Assembly: GCA_964551435.1 (NCBI GenBank)
Contig: CAZKBS010000009.1
Span: 709-64,708 of the forward strand
Reading direction: 5' to 3'
Source: an uncultured Micavibrio sp.
Lineage (GTDB): Bacteria > Pseudomonadota > Alphaproteobacteria > Micavibrionales > UBA2020
DNA: 64,000 bases
Below, in pieces: positions 10,725 through 19,908 of the stretch. The position numbers and the translations under genes are program-made. How positions within the stretch are numbered: the stretch's first letter is position 1; every line of letters starts with the position of its first letter. Under the pieces are notes generated by a model, which saw only the letters and a program-made list of their open reading frames with translations, had not been told where the DNA came from and did no database searches.

Positions 10725-11246
10725 TTATCCGGCGCGGGCGAAGGGCGGCAGGTGCGGCAACTTATCGTCGCTGCGATATTCCTTGTGGCTTTCGCTGACT
10801 TCGCCGCGTGGCGAGATATGCAGCGTCAGCTCGTGCGTGCCGGTTTTGTCGCTCGCGCGGGCGGTTGCTTGCCAGCCGTCGTCGTGGCGCGTGGCGCGGA
10901 CGCGCAGCAGCAGGCTCGCGCTGCCGAAATAAAGCCGGAAGGCCAGATAGAATTCGATATTCTGTTCATCAAGTGCCAGCGGCGCCGCGGCATTGGCGCT
11001 GTGGATATTCGCGGTGCTGCCATCGAGCGGTATAACGTCTTCGGGCAACAGAACGTAATATTGTGCGGGGCTTGCCGCCTGCGGTTTTACCGCGCGCGCC
11101 AGACGGGCATCCGCCCCGTAAAAAGGCAGCGGCATCAGCGCCAGCGCGGTATCGCTGCCGTAACGCGTCACAGGCTCGGCGGCATTGATTCTGTGCAGAA
11201 TTTCCGTGCTTTGCGCGATAGAGGGTATTTGCCAGCCGTCGGACAT
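10725..11246 (-). CDS. Hypothetical protein (173 aa), no recognisable domain
   Basis: Start chosen at MSDGWQ, preceded by an AGAGG RBS. The longer track ORF would overlap the holC start. The opposite-strand ORF is Arg-rich and looks like an artefact. Confidence 0.5.
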   Translation of the reverse strand: MSDGWQIPSIAQSTEILHRINAAEPVTRYGSDTALALMPLPFYGADARLARAVKPQAASPAQYYVLLPEDVIPLDGSTANIHSANAAAPLALDEQNIEFYLAFRLYFGSASLLLRVRATRHDDGWQATARASDKTGTHELTLHISPRGEVSESHKEYRSDDKLPHLPPFARAG

Positions 11247-11330
11247 GCGTGCCTCTTGCCTTTTGGGGACGATGGCCGATAATAACATGCTCTTTCTTAT
11301 CCTCACAATCCCGCGCAGGCGGACGGAGCC

Positions 11331-11777
11331 ATGACGGATATTCGTTTTTATCACATGATCACCAAGCGGCTCGAACAGGCCTTGCCGGAGCTATTGGCCA
11401 AGGCCATTACCGTGCAGCCGCGTATTGTGGTCAAGGCGGGCAGCCGCGAGCGGATTGAAACCCTTGATAGTCTTTTGTGGACATATGATGCCGGCAGTTT
11501 CCTGCCGCATGGGTATATCCGCGACGGCAACGAGGCGGAACAGCCGATATGGCTGACGACCGAGGACGACAACCCGAACGGCGCGCAGATGCTGGTGCTG
11601 GCCGATGGTGCAACATCGCTGCATGTCAGAGATTATACGCTCTGCTGCGAGCTGTTTGACGGCAATGACGAAGCCGCCGTCAAGGCCGCACGCGCCCGCT
11701 GGAGCGCTTACAAGGCCGATGGGCATGAACTGACCTATTTCCAGCAGGACGAACAGGGCCGCTGGGTTAAAAAATAA
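11331..11777 (+). CDS. holC: DNA polymerase III chi subunit
   Basis: 148 aa. N-terminus MTDIRFYHM...LLWTYD...FLPHG is typical of HolC, and the gene lies near pepA. Confidence 0.85.
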   Translation: MTDIRFYHMITKRLEQALPELLAKAITVQPRIVVKAGSRERIETLDSLLWTYDAGSFLPHGYIRDGNEAEQPIWLTTEDDNPNGAQMLVLADGATSLHVRDYTLCCELFDGNDEAAVKAARARWSAYKADGHELTYFQQDEQGRWVKK

Positions 11778-11789
11778 CCCGAATATCCA

Positions 11790-12149
11790 TCAATCGTTGC
11801 AGGGAAAGCCGCGGGCAATCGCGACGGCAACATTTTTCGCCGCCGCACCGCGCAGGTTTTCGGGGAAGACTTCGGCATAGCTGCGATAAAGATCGATCAG
11901 CTGCTGGCTGCGGATGGGGCCGTGGCTGCATGCACGCTCCCCGCTGACCGGGCCGACGAGCATCGCATTCGCAATCGCGCTGACATATCCTGCGCAAAAC
12001 CCGTAATCCGTATCGTATTTGCTGTTACACATGCCCAGCAGCTCGTTGCCGCTCAAGCCTTCGCTGCTGACGCTGGCCGCGGCGGGCGTGATAGCAGCCG
12101 CTGCCCAAAGGCAGGCGGCAAGGACAGGGGACATTAGCGCGCGCAGCAT
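11790..12149 (-). CDS. Exported Rap1a/Tai4-like (T6SS amidase immunity family) protein
   Basis: Signal peptide, then the pattern GNELLGMC...CAGYVSAIANAM...C...QLIDLYRSYAEVFPE...AIARGFPC. This matches my recollection of Rap1a/Tai4 family proteins. ACGGAG RBS lies before ATG 12149. Confidence 0.55.
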   Translation of the reverse strand: MLRALMSPVLAACLWAAAAITPAAASVSSEGLSGNELLGMCNSKYDTDYGFCAGYVSAIANAMLVGPVSGERACSHGPIRSQQLIDLYRSYAEVFPENLRGAAAKNVAVAIARGFPCND

Positions 12150-12198
12150 ATAAAACTCCGTCAGGGGGGGATATTTCCTTTTATCACGGCGGCAGGGC

Positions 12199-12237
12199 AA
12201 AAAAAAGCGGCCCCTCCGTTTGAAGGGGCCGCTTTTT
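12199..12237 (-). terminator. Intrinsic terminator after M23 peptidase gene
   Basis: A 9-bp stem GCGGCCCCT/AGGGGCCGC is followed on the minus strand by T8. Confidence 0.82.
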
Positions 12238-12251
12238 AAAGGCTGTAAAAT

Positions 12252-13871
12252 TTAGCGGGAGGCCTGACGCGTCTTGCCGCCGGTTTTGACGGGCCGGCTG
12301 TCCGCGATAACCATGCCGTTCATCAGCTTGTCGAACTGCTGGTTGCGTTCGGCGACCATATCCTTGAAGCGGCCGAGGTCTTTGCCCTCCAGTATTTTGC
12401 CGGTCGGCAGGCGCAGCGAAGCCGGATCCACATGCTTGCCATTGACCAGAATTTCGTAATGCAGGTGCGGGCCGGTGGAACGACCGGTCGTGCCAACGTA
12501 GCCGATAATCTGGCCCTGCTTGACGCGGCTGCCATTCGACAGGCCGGCGCGGAAGCCGTTCATATGGGCATAGGCCGTTTGCAGATCCTTGCGGTGGCGG
12601 ATACGGATATAGTTGCCGTAGCCGTTCACGCTGCCGATCTTGTCGATGGTGCCATCGCCTGCTGCATAAATCGGCGTGCCGCGCGGGGCTGCGAAGTCGA
12701 TACCCTTGTGCATTTTGCTGTAGCCCAGAATGGGATGGCGGCGCATGCCGAAGCCCGAGCTGAGACGCGCGCCGTCAATCGGCGTTTTCATCAGGGATTT
12801 TTTCGCCGACTGGCCTTTGTTGTCGAAATAATCGGTATCGCCCGAAGGAGAACTATACAGATAGAACGGCATTTCACGGCCGCCAAGGGTCAGCTTCGCG
12901 TACATGATGGTGTTGCGGCCAGCGAGGACATCACCGCCGTCTGTGGCGAATTCTTCGTACATGACTTCGAATTTGTCGCCGGGCTGGATATCGCGCTGGA
13001 AGTCGACGTTCCAGGAATACATTTTGATGAGGTCAAGAATGACTGCATCCGGCACGCCGCTGTTTTTTGCGGAAACATACAGCGAGTTGTCAATTTGACC
13101 GCCAGCTGCTTTCAGGCTGCGGTAGACGGGCTTTTCCTGCTCGTCGACTTTATAGCTGCCGTCTTGCGCAAGGTTGACCATGACCGTGCTGATCTTGTCT
13201 TTTTCAATCTGCAAGCCGCTGAACTTCGGGTCAGCAACTGCGGGGTCTTTGTGGAAAAAAACCGTGATGGCGTGGCCGGGGTTGAGATCGCGCGGGTTGT
13301 AAACCTTGCTCAGCGCCTGAATAGCGTTATAGGCGTCGCTGCGCGGCACATCGTTGCGCACCAGCAGATCCATCAGCGTATCGCCACGGCCGACGGCCAG
13401 TTTTTTTTCGGCGACAAAAAGATCATTACCGGCTTGCAGCAGGTTTTGCAGGCGCGATTGAATTTGTGACAGCGTTTCCGCAACCGCTGGAGGAACTTGC
13501 GCAGGGGCGATTTTCGGCGCGGCGGCCTGGATCGTTTTTTGCGGCTTGGGCGCGGCGGTATCGCCACGTGCGAAGTCGCTGAATTCATGTGTTGCCGGCG
13601 GCGGCACGTATTCGAACGCAGCTTTCATGTTGCCGGGGACGTTGCCTGCAATATTTTCAATGCCTTCGAATTGCGCGGCGTTCGCGGCGGGTGTCATGAC
13701 ATCGGCAGCCGCCATTGTCGGGGCGGTGCTTTGCGTGTCGGTGGCAGGTGCGCCAAGCCATGACAGCATGGCGTAAACGGATGCAATGGCGGCGACAGGA
13801 AGAAGGGCGTGACGCAAACGGAAACGGCGCTTGCGGAACATTCTTGTGCGCGGTGAATAATACTGCAGCAA
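12252..13871 (-). CDS. M23 family peptidoglycan DD-metalloendopeptidase
   Basis: C-terminal HKGIDFAAPRGTPIYAAGDG and GPHLHYEILVNG motifs. The N-terminus has a membrane anchor and a long linker. An alternative start lies at MFRKRRF (13841). Confidence 0.87.
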   Translation of the reverse strand: MLQYYSPRTRMFRKRRFRLRHALLPVAAIASVYAMLSWLGAPATDTQSTAPTMAAADVMTPAANAAQFEGIENIAGNVPGNMKAAFEYVPPPATHEFSDFARGDTAAPKPQKTIQAAAPKIAPAQVPPAVAETLSQIQSRLQNLLQAGNDLFVAEKKLAVGRGDTLMDLLVRNDVPRSDAYNAIQALSKVYNPRDLNPGHAITVFFHKDPAVADPKFSGLQIEKDKISTVMVNLAQDGSYKVDEQEKPVYRSLKAAGGQIDNSLYVSAKNSGVPDAVILDLIKMYSWNVDFQRDIQPGDKFEVMYEEFATDGGDVLAGRNTIMYAKLTLGGREMPFYLYSSPSGDTDYFDNKGQSAKKSLMKTPIDGARLSSGFGMRRHPILGYSKMHKGIDFAAPRGTPIYAAGDGTIDKIGSVNGYGNYIRIRHRKDLQTAYAHMNGFRAGLSNGSRVKQGQIIGYVGTTGRSTGPHLHYEILVNGKHVDPASLRLPTGKILEGKDLGRFKDMVAERNQQFDKLMNGMVIADSRPVKTGGKTRQASR

Positions 13872-14199
13872 GGTTCAGACCTTTGAGTTGTTGCGAAGGT
13901 GTGGGAAGTGAACAACAGTATGGATACGAATTCAAGACTTGACTTTGGGGAAGAACCCCGCGCCTCGAATACATAATCTATAACAAATCACTCTGTTAAC
14001 AAAGAGTAAAGCTTGTTTGCCACAAAGAGTTCCTGCGATGTTCCGGAATTTTTTCTTCGCGCATATGAAAAATAAAAGGGCCGTTTTCATGCTTACATCA
14101 AACTGGACGTGACTTTATTTAATTGTGTAGGATGCGCGGAATCATGCATGACGCAGGACAATAGCCATGAACGGACAGCCTGAACAAAAAGGTGAACAA

Positions 14200-15033
14200 A
14201 TGACACATGCCAGCACGCTGATGAAGGGCAAACGCGGATTGATTATGGGCGTCGCCAACGACCGCTCGATCGCCTGGGGTATTGCCGAAACCGCACATCA
14301 GCATGGTGCCGAACTGGCTTTCACCTTTCAGGGCGATGCGCTGGAAAAGCGCGTGCGTCCGCTCGCGGAAGGCATTGGCTCCAACATCATCCTGCCGTGC
14401 GACGTGACGAATGCCGACAGCATCGACGCCACGTTCAACCAGATTGAAAAAGAATGGGGCGGGCTGGATTTCGTTGTCCATGCCATCGCCTATTCTGACA
14501 AAAACGAGCTGGACGGGCTTTACCTCGATACCACGCGCGACAATTTCCTCAAGACCATGGACATTTCTGTCTACTCCTTCACCGCGGTGGCGCAGCGCGC
14601 CGTGCCGCTGATGAAAAGCGGCGGCAGCCTTTTGACCATGACCTATTACGGTGCGGAGCGTGTAATGCCCCACTACAATGTCATGGGCGTGGCCAAGGCG
14701 GCGCTGGAAGCTTCCGTGCGTTATCTCGCCAGCGACGTCGGCCCGAAAGGCATCCGCGTCAACGCGATTTCCGCAGGTCCCATCAAAACGCTGGCCGCCA
14801 GCGGCATTGGCGATTTCCGCTATATCCTGAAATGGAATGAACTGAACGCGCCGCTTCGCCGCAACGTCACCACGCAGGATGTCGGCGGTGCCGGCCTGTT
14901 CCTGCTCAGCGACCTTGGCGCGGGCGTCACGGGCGAAATCATGTATGTCGACAGCGGCTATAACACTATCGGCATGGTTCAGGTCGACAGCGCCAAGCAA
15001 ACGGCTGAACTGCTGCAGGGCATTTCCGGCTAA
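14200..15033 (+). CDS. fabI: Enoyl-ACP reductase FabI
   Basis: [21 protein letters not shown]-terminus and SDR fold with Y...K. AAGGTG RBS lies before ATG 14200 (the track ORF starts 11 codons earlier). Confidence 0.93.
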   Translation: MTHASTLMKGKRGLIMGVANDRSIAWGIAETAHQHGAELAFTFQGDALEKRVRPLAEGIGSNIILPCDVTNADSIDATFNQIEKEWGGLDFVVHAIAYSDKNELDGLYLDTTRDNFLKTMDISVYSFTAVAQRAVPLMKSGGSLLTMTYYGAERVMPHYNVMGVAKAALEASVRYLASDVGPKGIRVNAISAGPIKTLAASGIGDFRYILKWNELNAPLRRNVTTQDVGGAGLFLLSDLGAGVTGEIMYVDSGYNTIGMVQVDSAKQTAELLQGISG

Positions 15034-15050
15034 CAGCGGGAGGACGCGCT

Positions 15051-16148
15051 GTGTCCGCCAATCTTTTCGGAACGCTATTCCGCTATATCACCTGGGGCGA
15101 AAGCCACGGGCCCGCGATCGGCTGCGTCGTCGATGGCGCGCCGCCGATGCTGCCGTTGTGCGAGGCGGACATCCAGTATCACCTCGACCGCCGCAAACCG
15201 GGCAAGAACCGCTTCACCACCCAGCGCAAGGAAGCGGATGAAGTGCGCATCCTCTCCGGCGTTTTCGATGGCATGACGACGGGCACGCCCATCTCGCTTT
15301 ACATCGAAAATACCGACGCGCGGTCCAAAGACTACGAAAACATTCGTCACAAATACCGTCCCGGCCATGCCGATTTCACCTATGACCAGAAATACGGCAT
15401 CCGTGATTATTTCGGCGGCGGGCGGTCTTCCGCGCGTGAAACGGCGGCCCGTGTCGCGGCGGGAGCCGTTGCGCGCAAAGTGCTGCAAAGCGAGCTGGGC
15501 GGGGGCATCGATATCCGCGCCGCTGTGGTTGAAATCGGCGGTATTCCCGTCAACCGAAAAAACTGGGATTGGGCGCAGGTGGATGAAAACCCGTTTTTCA
15601 GCCCCGATGCCGCCGCTGTTGCCAAATGGGAAGCCGCGATTGACGGCGCGCGCAAAGATCTTTCGAGCCTTGGCGCGATTGTCGAGGTTGTGGCCAGCGG
15701 GTTTCCCGCAGGGCTGGGGGCACCGCTGATTGACAAGCTGGATGCAGACCTTGCCAAGGCGATGATGAGCATCAATGCCGTAAAGGGTGTGGAAATTGGC
15801 GCGGGCTTCGAATCCGCGCGTCTGCGCGGGGAGCAAAACGCCGACCAGATTCGCATGAAAGACGATGCGCCGTATTTCCTCAGCAATCATGCCGGCGGTA
15901 TTCTGGGCGGTATTTCGACGGGGCAGGATATTGTCGTGCGCATCGCGTTCAAACCGACATCATCGCTGCCGCAGCCTTTGCAAACCATCGATGACGAGGG
16001 AAATGAAACCGAGATTGCGACCAAAGGCCGCCATGACCCCTGTGTCGGCATCCGCGGTGTGCCTGTGGCCGAGGCGATGATGGCCTTGACGCTGTGCGAT
16101 CACTGGCTGAGGCACAAGGCGCAATGCATGCCGGTGATAGAAGCGTAA
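15051..16148 (+). CDS. aroC: Chorismate synthase
   Basis: GTG start. [19 protein letters not shown] and [10 protein letters not shown] signatures; 365 aa. Confidence 0.95.
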   Translation: MSANLFGTLFRYITWGESHGPAIGCVVDGAPPMLPLCEADIQYHLDRRKPGKNRFTTQRKEADEVRILSGVFDGMTTGTPISLYIENTDARSKDYENIRHKYRPGHADFTYDQKYGIRDYFGGGRSSARETAARVAAGAVARKVLQSELGGGIDIRAAVVEIGGIPVNRKNWDWAQVDENPFFSPDAAAVAKWEAAIDGARKDLSSLGAIVEVVASGFPAGLGAPLIDKLDADLAKAMMSINAVKGVEIGAGFESARLRGEQNADQIRMKDDAPYFLSNHAGGILGGISTGQDIVVRIAFKPTSSLPQPLQTIDDEGNETEIATKGRHDPCVGIRGVPVAEAMMALTLCDHWLRHKAQCMPVIEA

Positions 16149-16379
16149 GCACCGCGCCCGCGTCTTTTTGCGCAAGCCCTTATATATCAGAATCTTGAAG
16201 CGGCTTGTTCAAGCAGCGGCGAATCGGCTCCGCTTTTTCCGGCGAAAGCCCAAGCTTTTCAGACACAAAGCCGCATAACCCACCGCGCAAGGCGCGGCCG
16301 AAGATTTTTAAGGTATTGAATATAAATGATAATTTTAAAGGTCGACGCGCCTTGTAAAAAAGACTCGACTCTTATCCAC

Positions 16380-16498
16380 AGAGACACGACACTCTGACTC
16401 GAGGAAAAACACCGCCCAATATTTTGGCTACGGTGTCTCCCTTAATACTTCGCTTCGATGATTTGGCCCCATGTGCTTCGGCATGTGGGGCTTTTTTT
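16380..16498 (+). ncRNA. Candidate small RNA (about 120 nt) ending in an intrinsic terminator
   Basis: A 7-bp stem GAGACAC (16381-16387) / GTGTCTC (16433-16439) is followed by a strand-specific terminator. No credible ORF is present. The 5' end is uncertain. Confidence 0.35.
16466..16498 (+). terminator. Strand-specific intrinsic terminator with UUCG tetraloop
   Basis: An 11-bp stem (two G-U pairs that would be A-C mismatches on the minus strand), a TTCG loop and a T7 tract. It lies 318 nt downstream of the aroC stop. Confidence 0.85.
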
Positions 16499-16604
16499 GA
16501 TGTGCTGATGGATTGGAATATATCTGCAATTTTGCTGTCGTTCAACACGCAATCTTGGGTTAGTCTCATAAAAATTTTACGCGCCCCATCCAAAAGGTAT
16601 TGAC

Positions 16605-18716
16605 ATGACCGACACGCCGCAACGACGCAAAGAAGACAAATTCATCGCCAAGGTCTGGCGCTTTTTCTACCGCTTCTTTTTTATGGTGGGCGTATCGGCT
16701 TTCATTTCCATCGTGATGCTGACGATAACGATGTCTCGCATGATGAACTATGCGCCGTCGTCGTTGCCCGATGCGATGGTGCTGACCTTCGCTGTCAAAT
16801 CTGACCTTGCGGAAGTCGAAGGGGCGCCGTCGCTCTCGCAACCGCTGCTGCGCCCGGCGACGATTTTGCAAGATGTGGTCTCCGCCATCGACCTCGCCGC
16901 AAAAGACGCGCGCGTTAAGGCGCTGGTCGTCAAGCTTGAAGACATGGCCCTGTCGGCGGCGCAGGCGCAAGAGCTGCGTGGCGCGCTGGAGCGTTTCCGT
17001 GCCGCGGGCAAGCGCACCTATATTTATGCCGACAGCTATGGCGGTTTCGGTGGCGGTATGGGTGATTATTATCTGGCGTCGGTTTTCGATGAAATCTGGC
17101 TGCAGCCTGTCGGCAGCGTTTCTGCAACCGGCGTTTCATCCGACGTGCCATTTGTGAAGGATTTGCTGGAAAAAGTCGGTGTCGAGACGCAGTTCGTGCA
17201 TCAGGGCATTTATAAATCCGCGCCCGAAAGCCTGACCGAACGCGGCATGACGCCGCCGCACCGCGAAATGATGCAATCTATCGTCAGCGATCTGGCACGC
17301 CAGATGATGGCGGGTATTGCCCAATCGCGCAACCTGTCCGAAGCGCAGGTGCGCGCGCTGGTCGACGGTTCGCCCTATGGCGAAAAAGAGTCCCTGCGCC
17401 TGAAGCTGGTTGACCGCGTCGGCTACTATGACGAAATGGTCGCCCATGCCCGCCGCGTTGCTTCGTCCCAAAAACCCGCCACTGCTAAAAAAGCGGATGC
17501 CGGAAAAACCGTGACGCAAGATAATGCCGCAGCTGAAGAGCCGGCGCCGGAAAATCAGACAGCTGAAAAGCAGACGCCCGAAGCGCGCACGGAAGAAGCG
17601 CAAGCGAAGGCACCTGCCGCCACTCCCGATGCTGCGCCGGATCTGGCACAAAAAAAACCTGCCGATAACAACAATCAACCAGCCCCCGCTGCAAAGGCAG
17701 AGGAGGAAAAGCCCGACGTCGATACCGTTTCGCTGATGGGATATTCCTTTGTCGCGGAAACGCAGGCGCTGGGTCACGGTATGCACGGTTTCGCATCCAA
17801 GCTGATGCGCCGCGAAGCGCCGGCGGCGGTGCTGAACAAAAAAGACAAAATCGCTCTGATTTATGGCAGCGGCGAAATTGTGCCGTTTGGCCCGCGTGCG
17901 CAGGCTTCGCCTTTTATGTCGTCCAATATGGCTGCCGACAAGATTGTGCAAGCCTTCCGCGCTGCGCAGAATGATGCTGGTGTCGCCGCGGTGATTTTCC
18001 GCATCGACAGCCCCGGCGGCTCGCCGGAGGCATCCGAAACCATCCGCCGCGCCATCATGGAAACGCGCCGCAAGGGAAAGCCTGTCGTGGTCTCCATGGC
18101 CAGCACCGCCGCATCGGGCGGCTACTGGATTGCGGCGCCTGCCGATAAAATCATCGCGCAGCCGGGCACGCTGACGGGATCCATCGGCGTTTTCGGCGGC
18201 AAGTTCGTGCTTGCTGGCCTGTGGCAAAAACTGGGCATTAACTGGGATACAGTCCGCGAAGGCGACAATGCGGGTATGTGGTCGTCAAACACCGCCTTTA
18301 CGCCCGCGCAGCTGCAAAAATTCGACGCGCTGATGAAAGAAACCTACGAAGCATTCCTTGAGCGCGTGGCCGAAGGCCGCAAGATGCCGATTGAAAAAGT
18401 GCGCGCCCTCGCCGAAGGCCGCGTCTATACGGGCCGTCAGGCCAAGGAAATTGGCCTTGTCGATGATCTGGGCGGTCTGGATGTGGCCGTGCGCCATGCC
18501 CGCACGCTCGCCAAAGTGGGGGAGAAGGACGATGTGCCGCTGGTGCGCTTCCCGCCGCGCAAATCGACGATCGAGATGTTTATCTCCCTCGCAACCGAAG
18601 GCGCGCTGTTCCAGCCGACCATCAACGTGAATGCCGCGGATATGGCGGGTATGCTGCAAAACGCTTTGCCGCAGCAGGGTATCCAGCTGCGGGCGCCTTA
18701 TGCGGATATGCGCTGA
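16605..18716 (+). CDS. sppA: Signal peptide peptidase SppA, 67K type (two S49 domains)
   Basis: N-terminal membrane anchor and duplicated S49 domains (second has SMASTAASGGYWIA). A long low-complexity A/E/P/K linker joins them. Confidence 0.9.
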   Translation: MTDTPQRRKEDKFIAKVWRFFYRFFFMVGVSAFISIVMLTITMSRMMNYAPSSLPDAMVLTFAVKSDLAEVEGAPSLSQPLLRPATILQDVVSAIDLAAKDARVKALVVKLEDMALSAAQAQELRGALERFRAAGKRTYIYADSYGGFGGGMGDYYLASVFDEIWLQPVGSVSATGVSSDVPFVKDLLEKVGVETQFVHQGIYKSAPESLTERGMTPPHREMMQSIVSDLARQMMAGIAQSRNLSEAQVRALVDGSPYGEKESLRLKLVDRVGYYDEMVAHARRVASSQKPATAKKADAGKTVTQDNAAAEEPAPENQTAEKQTPEARTEEAQAKAPAATPDAAPDLAQKKPADNNNQPAPAAKAEEEKPDVDTVSLMGYSFVAETQALGHGMHGFASKLMRREAPAAVLNKKDKIALIYGSGEIVPFGPRAQASPFMSSNMAADKIVQAFRAAQNDAGVAAVIFRIDSPGGSPEASETIRRAIMETRRKGKPVVVSMASTAASGGYWIAAPADKIIAQPGTLTGSIGVFGGKFVLAGLWQKLGINWDTVREGDNAGMWSSNTAFTPAQLQKFDALMKETYEAFLERVAEGRKMPIEKVRALAEGRVYTGRQAKEIGLVDDLGGLDVAVRHARTLAKVGEKDDVPLVRFPPRKSTIEMFISLATEGALFQPTINVNAADMAGMLQNALPQQGIQLRAPYADMR

Positions 18717-18719
18717 TTT

Positions 18720-19709
18720 TTATGTGTTGTAGCGCGGCTTGCTGTTATCGGCGATCAGGCTTTGCTGTATCTCTGCCAGCATCAGGATGCTGGCGGGCGA
18801 TACCTTTTGAAAGCCGAAGGGGTTGGTGCCTGCGCTATACCCGCTTTTGGCGAAAAAGCGCGGGTCATCGTTCCAGATGATATCATCGGCTTCATTCGCA
18901 TCGTCGAACATCGGCAGCTTCGCAAGAACTTCGGCGGGGATTGAATTGCGCGCGGCGGGCGCTGTGGCGGGTTTGGCAGCCGCCTTGGCAGACGTCTCTG
19001 CAACGTTGTTCTTCGCGGCGGCCTTTGCCGCTTCGGTGCCTGCATTCGTGGCGGTCTGCGCGCCAGCGCCGAATTTTTTGTCGAAAAAGTTGTAAACCTC
19101 ATTCAGCGTGCGGGCTTCACCCGTTTTGCTGTCGTAGAAAACATTCTTGTTCGCCTTGGCTGCGGCGGGAAAAATATCAGCGGCGATGGCATCGCCATTC
19201 ACCGCGCGGCTGTTGAGGAATTTGGCCGCGCCGCCCGCGCCCATGAAATGCGCGAAATAAAGCTCCGTCGCACCGACGTCGCCCTTGGTGTTCTTTTGCA
19301 GATGCGCCTTGTTCTCGGCGGTGAAAACGCCCGCCATCAGGGCGGAGATTTCAGGGTCGTTTCTAAGGGCGAGGATATCGCGGCGGTCGCAATCGCTCGC
19401 GCAGACGGCCTTGCCGTTTTTGATGTCGATTTTATCGGCATAATCGCCAAGGCCGAATTTGTCGCCATGCTTTTTGACCATGTTCAGCCAGGTGCTTTCG
19501 ATAAACTGGTAAAGACCGGTGGCGCTGGATGTTTTGGCCTTTGCGGTGGGGTTAAAACTGCTTTCGGCATTCGCTTTGTGCATCAGGAAGGCAAAATCTG
19601 CCCCCGTGCGTTTGGATGCGTTCTGGACGGCCTGTATCACGTCTTGTGATGCAAGTTTTTGATATTTCTGGATAATATTCGCCTTTGCGGCGCCAAATGC
19701 GGCTGTCAT
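18720..19709 (-). CDS. SLT-domain lytic transglycosylase
   Basis: ANAESSFNPTAKAKTSSATGLYQF catalytic region. Start set at MTAAFG, preceded by an AAGGAG RBS (the track ORF starts 49 codons upstream). Confidence 0.78.
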   Translation of the reverse strand: MTAAFGAAKANIIQKYQKLASQDVIQAVQNASKRTGADFAFLMHKANAESSFNPTAKAKTSSATGLYQFIESTWLNMVKKHGDKFGLGDYADKIDIKNGKAVCASDCDRRDILALRNDPEISALMAGVFTAENKAHLQKNTKGDVGATELYFAHFMGAGGAAKFLNSRAVNGDAIAADIFPAAAKANKNVFYDSKTGEARTLNEVYNFFDKKFGAGAQTATNAGTEAAKAAAKNNVAETSAKAAAKPATAPAARNSIPAEVLAKLPMFDDANEADDIIWNDDPRFFAKSGYSAGTNPFGFQKVSPASILMLAEIQQSLIADNSKPRYNT

Positions 19710-19908
19710 ATCCAAACTCCTTAACCTTGACGGGGCTTTCCGCCCTCTTCTGGAATATATCGTTGCAAACGCCGTGCCAAAGCGCCCGCCGCACAGACCA
19801 CGGGGGTAGTTGGCGGCCCTTACGGTAGGATTCTGAATAAGACGGGCGGCTTTCATCGGCCGCGCAAATCCTTATACTTATGCGCAGCAAAGTTTCAGGA
19901 GAAAGCAA

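Noticed and set aside
13996-14010. TTAA-N7-TAAA, one mismatch from the CtrA box TTAA-N7-TTAA, in the M23 peptidase/fabI spacer
   Set aside because: It is imperfect, occurs only once, and lies in an AT-rich spacer where such strings arise easily. I have no supporting evidence.
16305-16320. The 15-nt string TTTTAAGGTATTGAA is shared with 60103-60117; both copies are intergenic and near terminators
   Set aside because: A single exact 15-mer repeat in 64 kb is about what chance allows, especially in AT-rich spacers. I saw no extended similarity around it. It would only be worth revisiting if genome-wide counts show enrichment in intergenic regions.
16372-16593. 73-aa minus-strand ORF in the aroC-sppA spacer
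   Set aside because: It has no RBS and runs antisense through the strong plus-strand terminator hairpin, and its translation does not look protein-like. The region is better explained as non-coding RNA or UTR.
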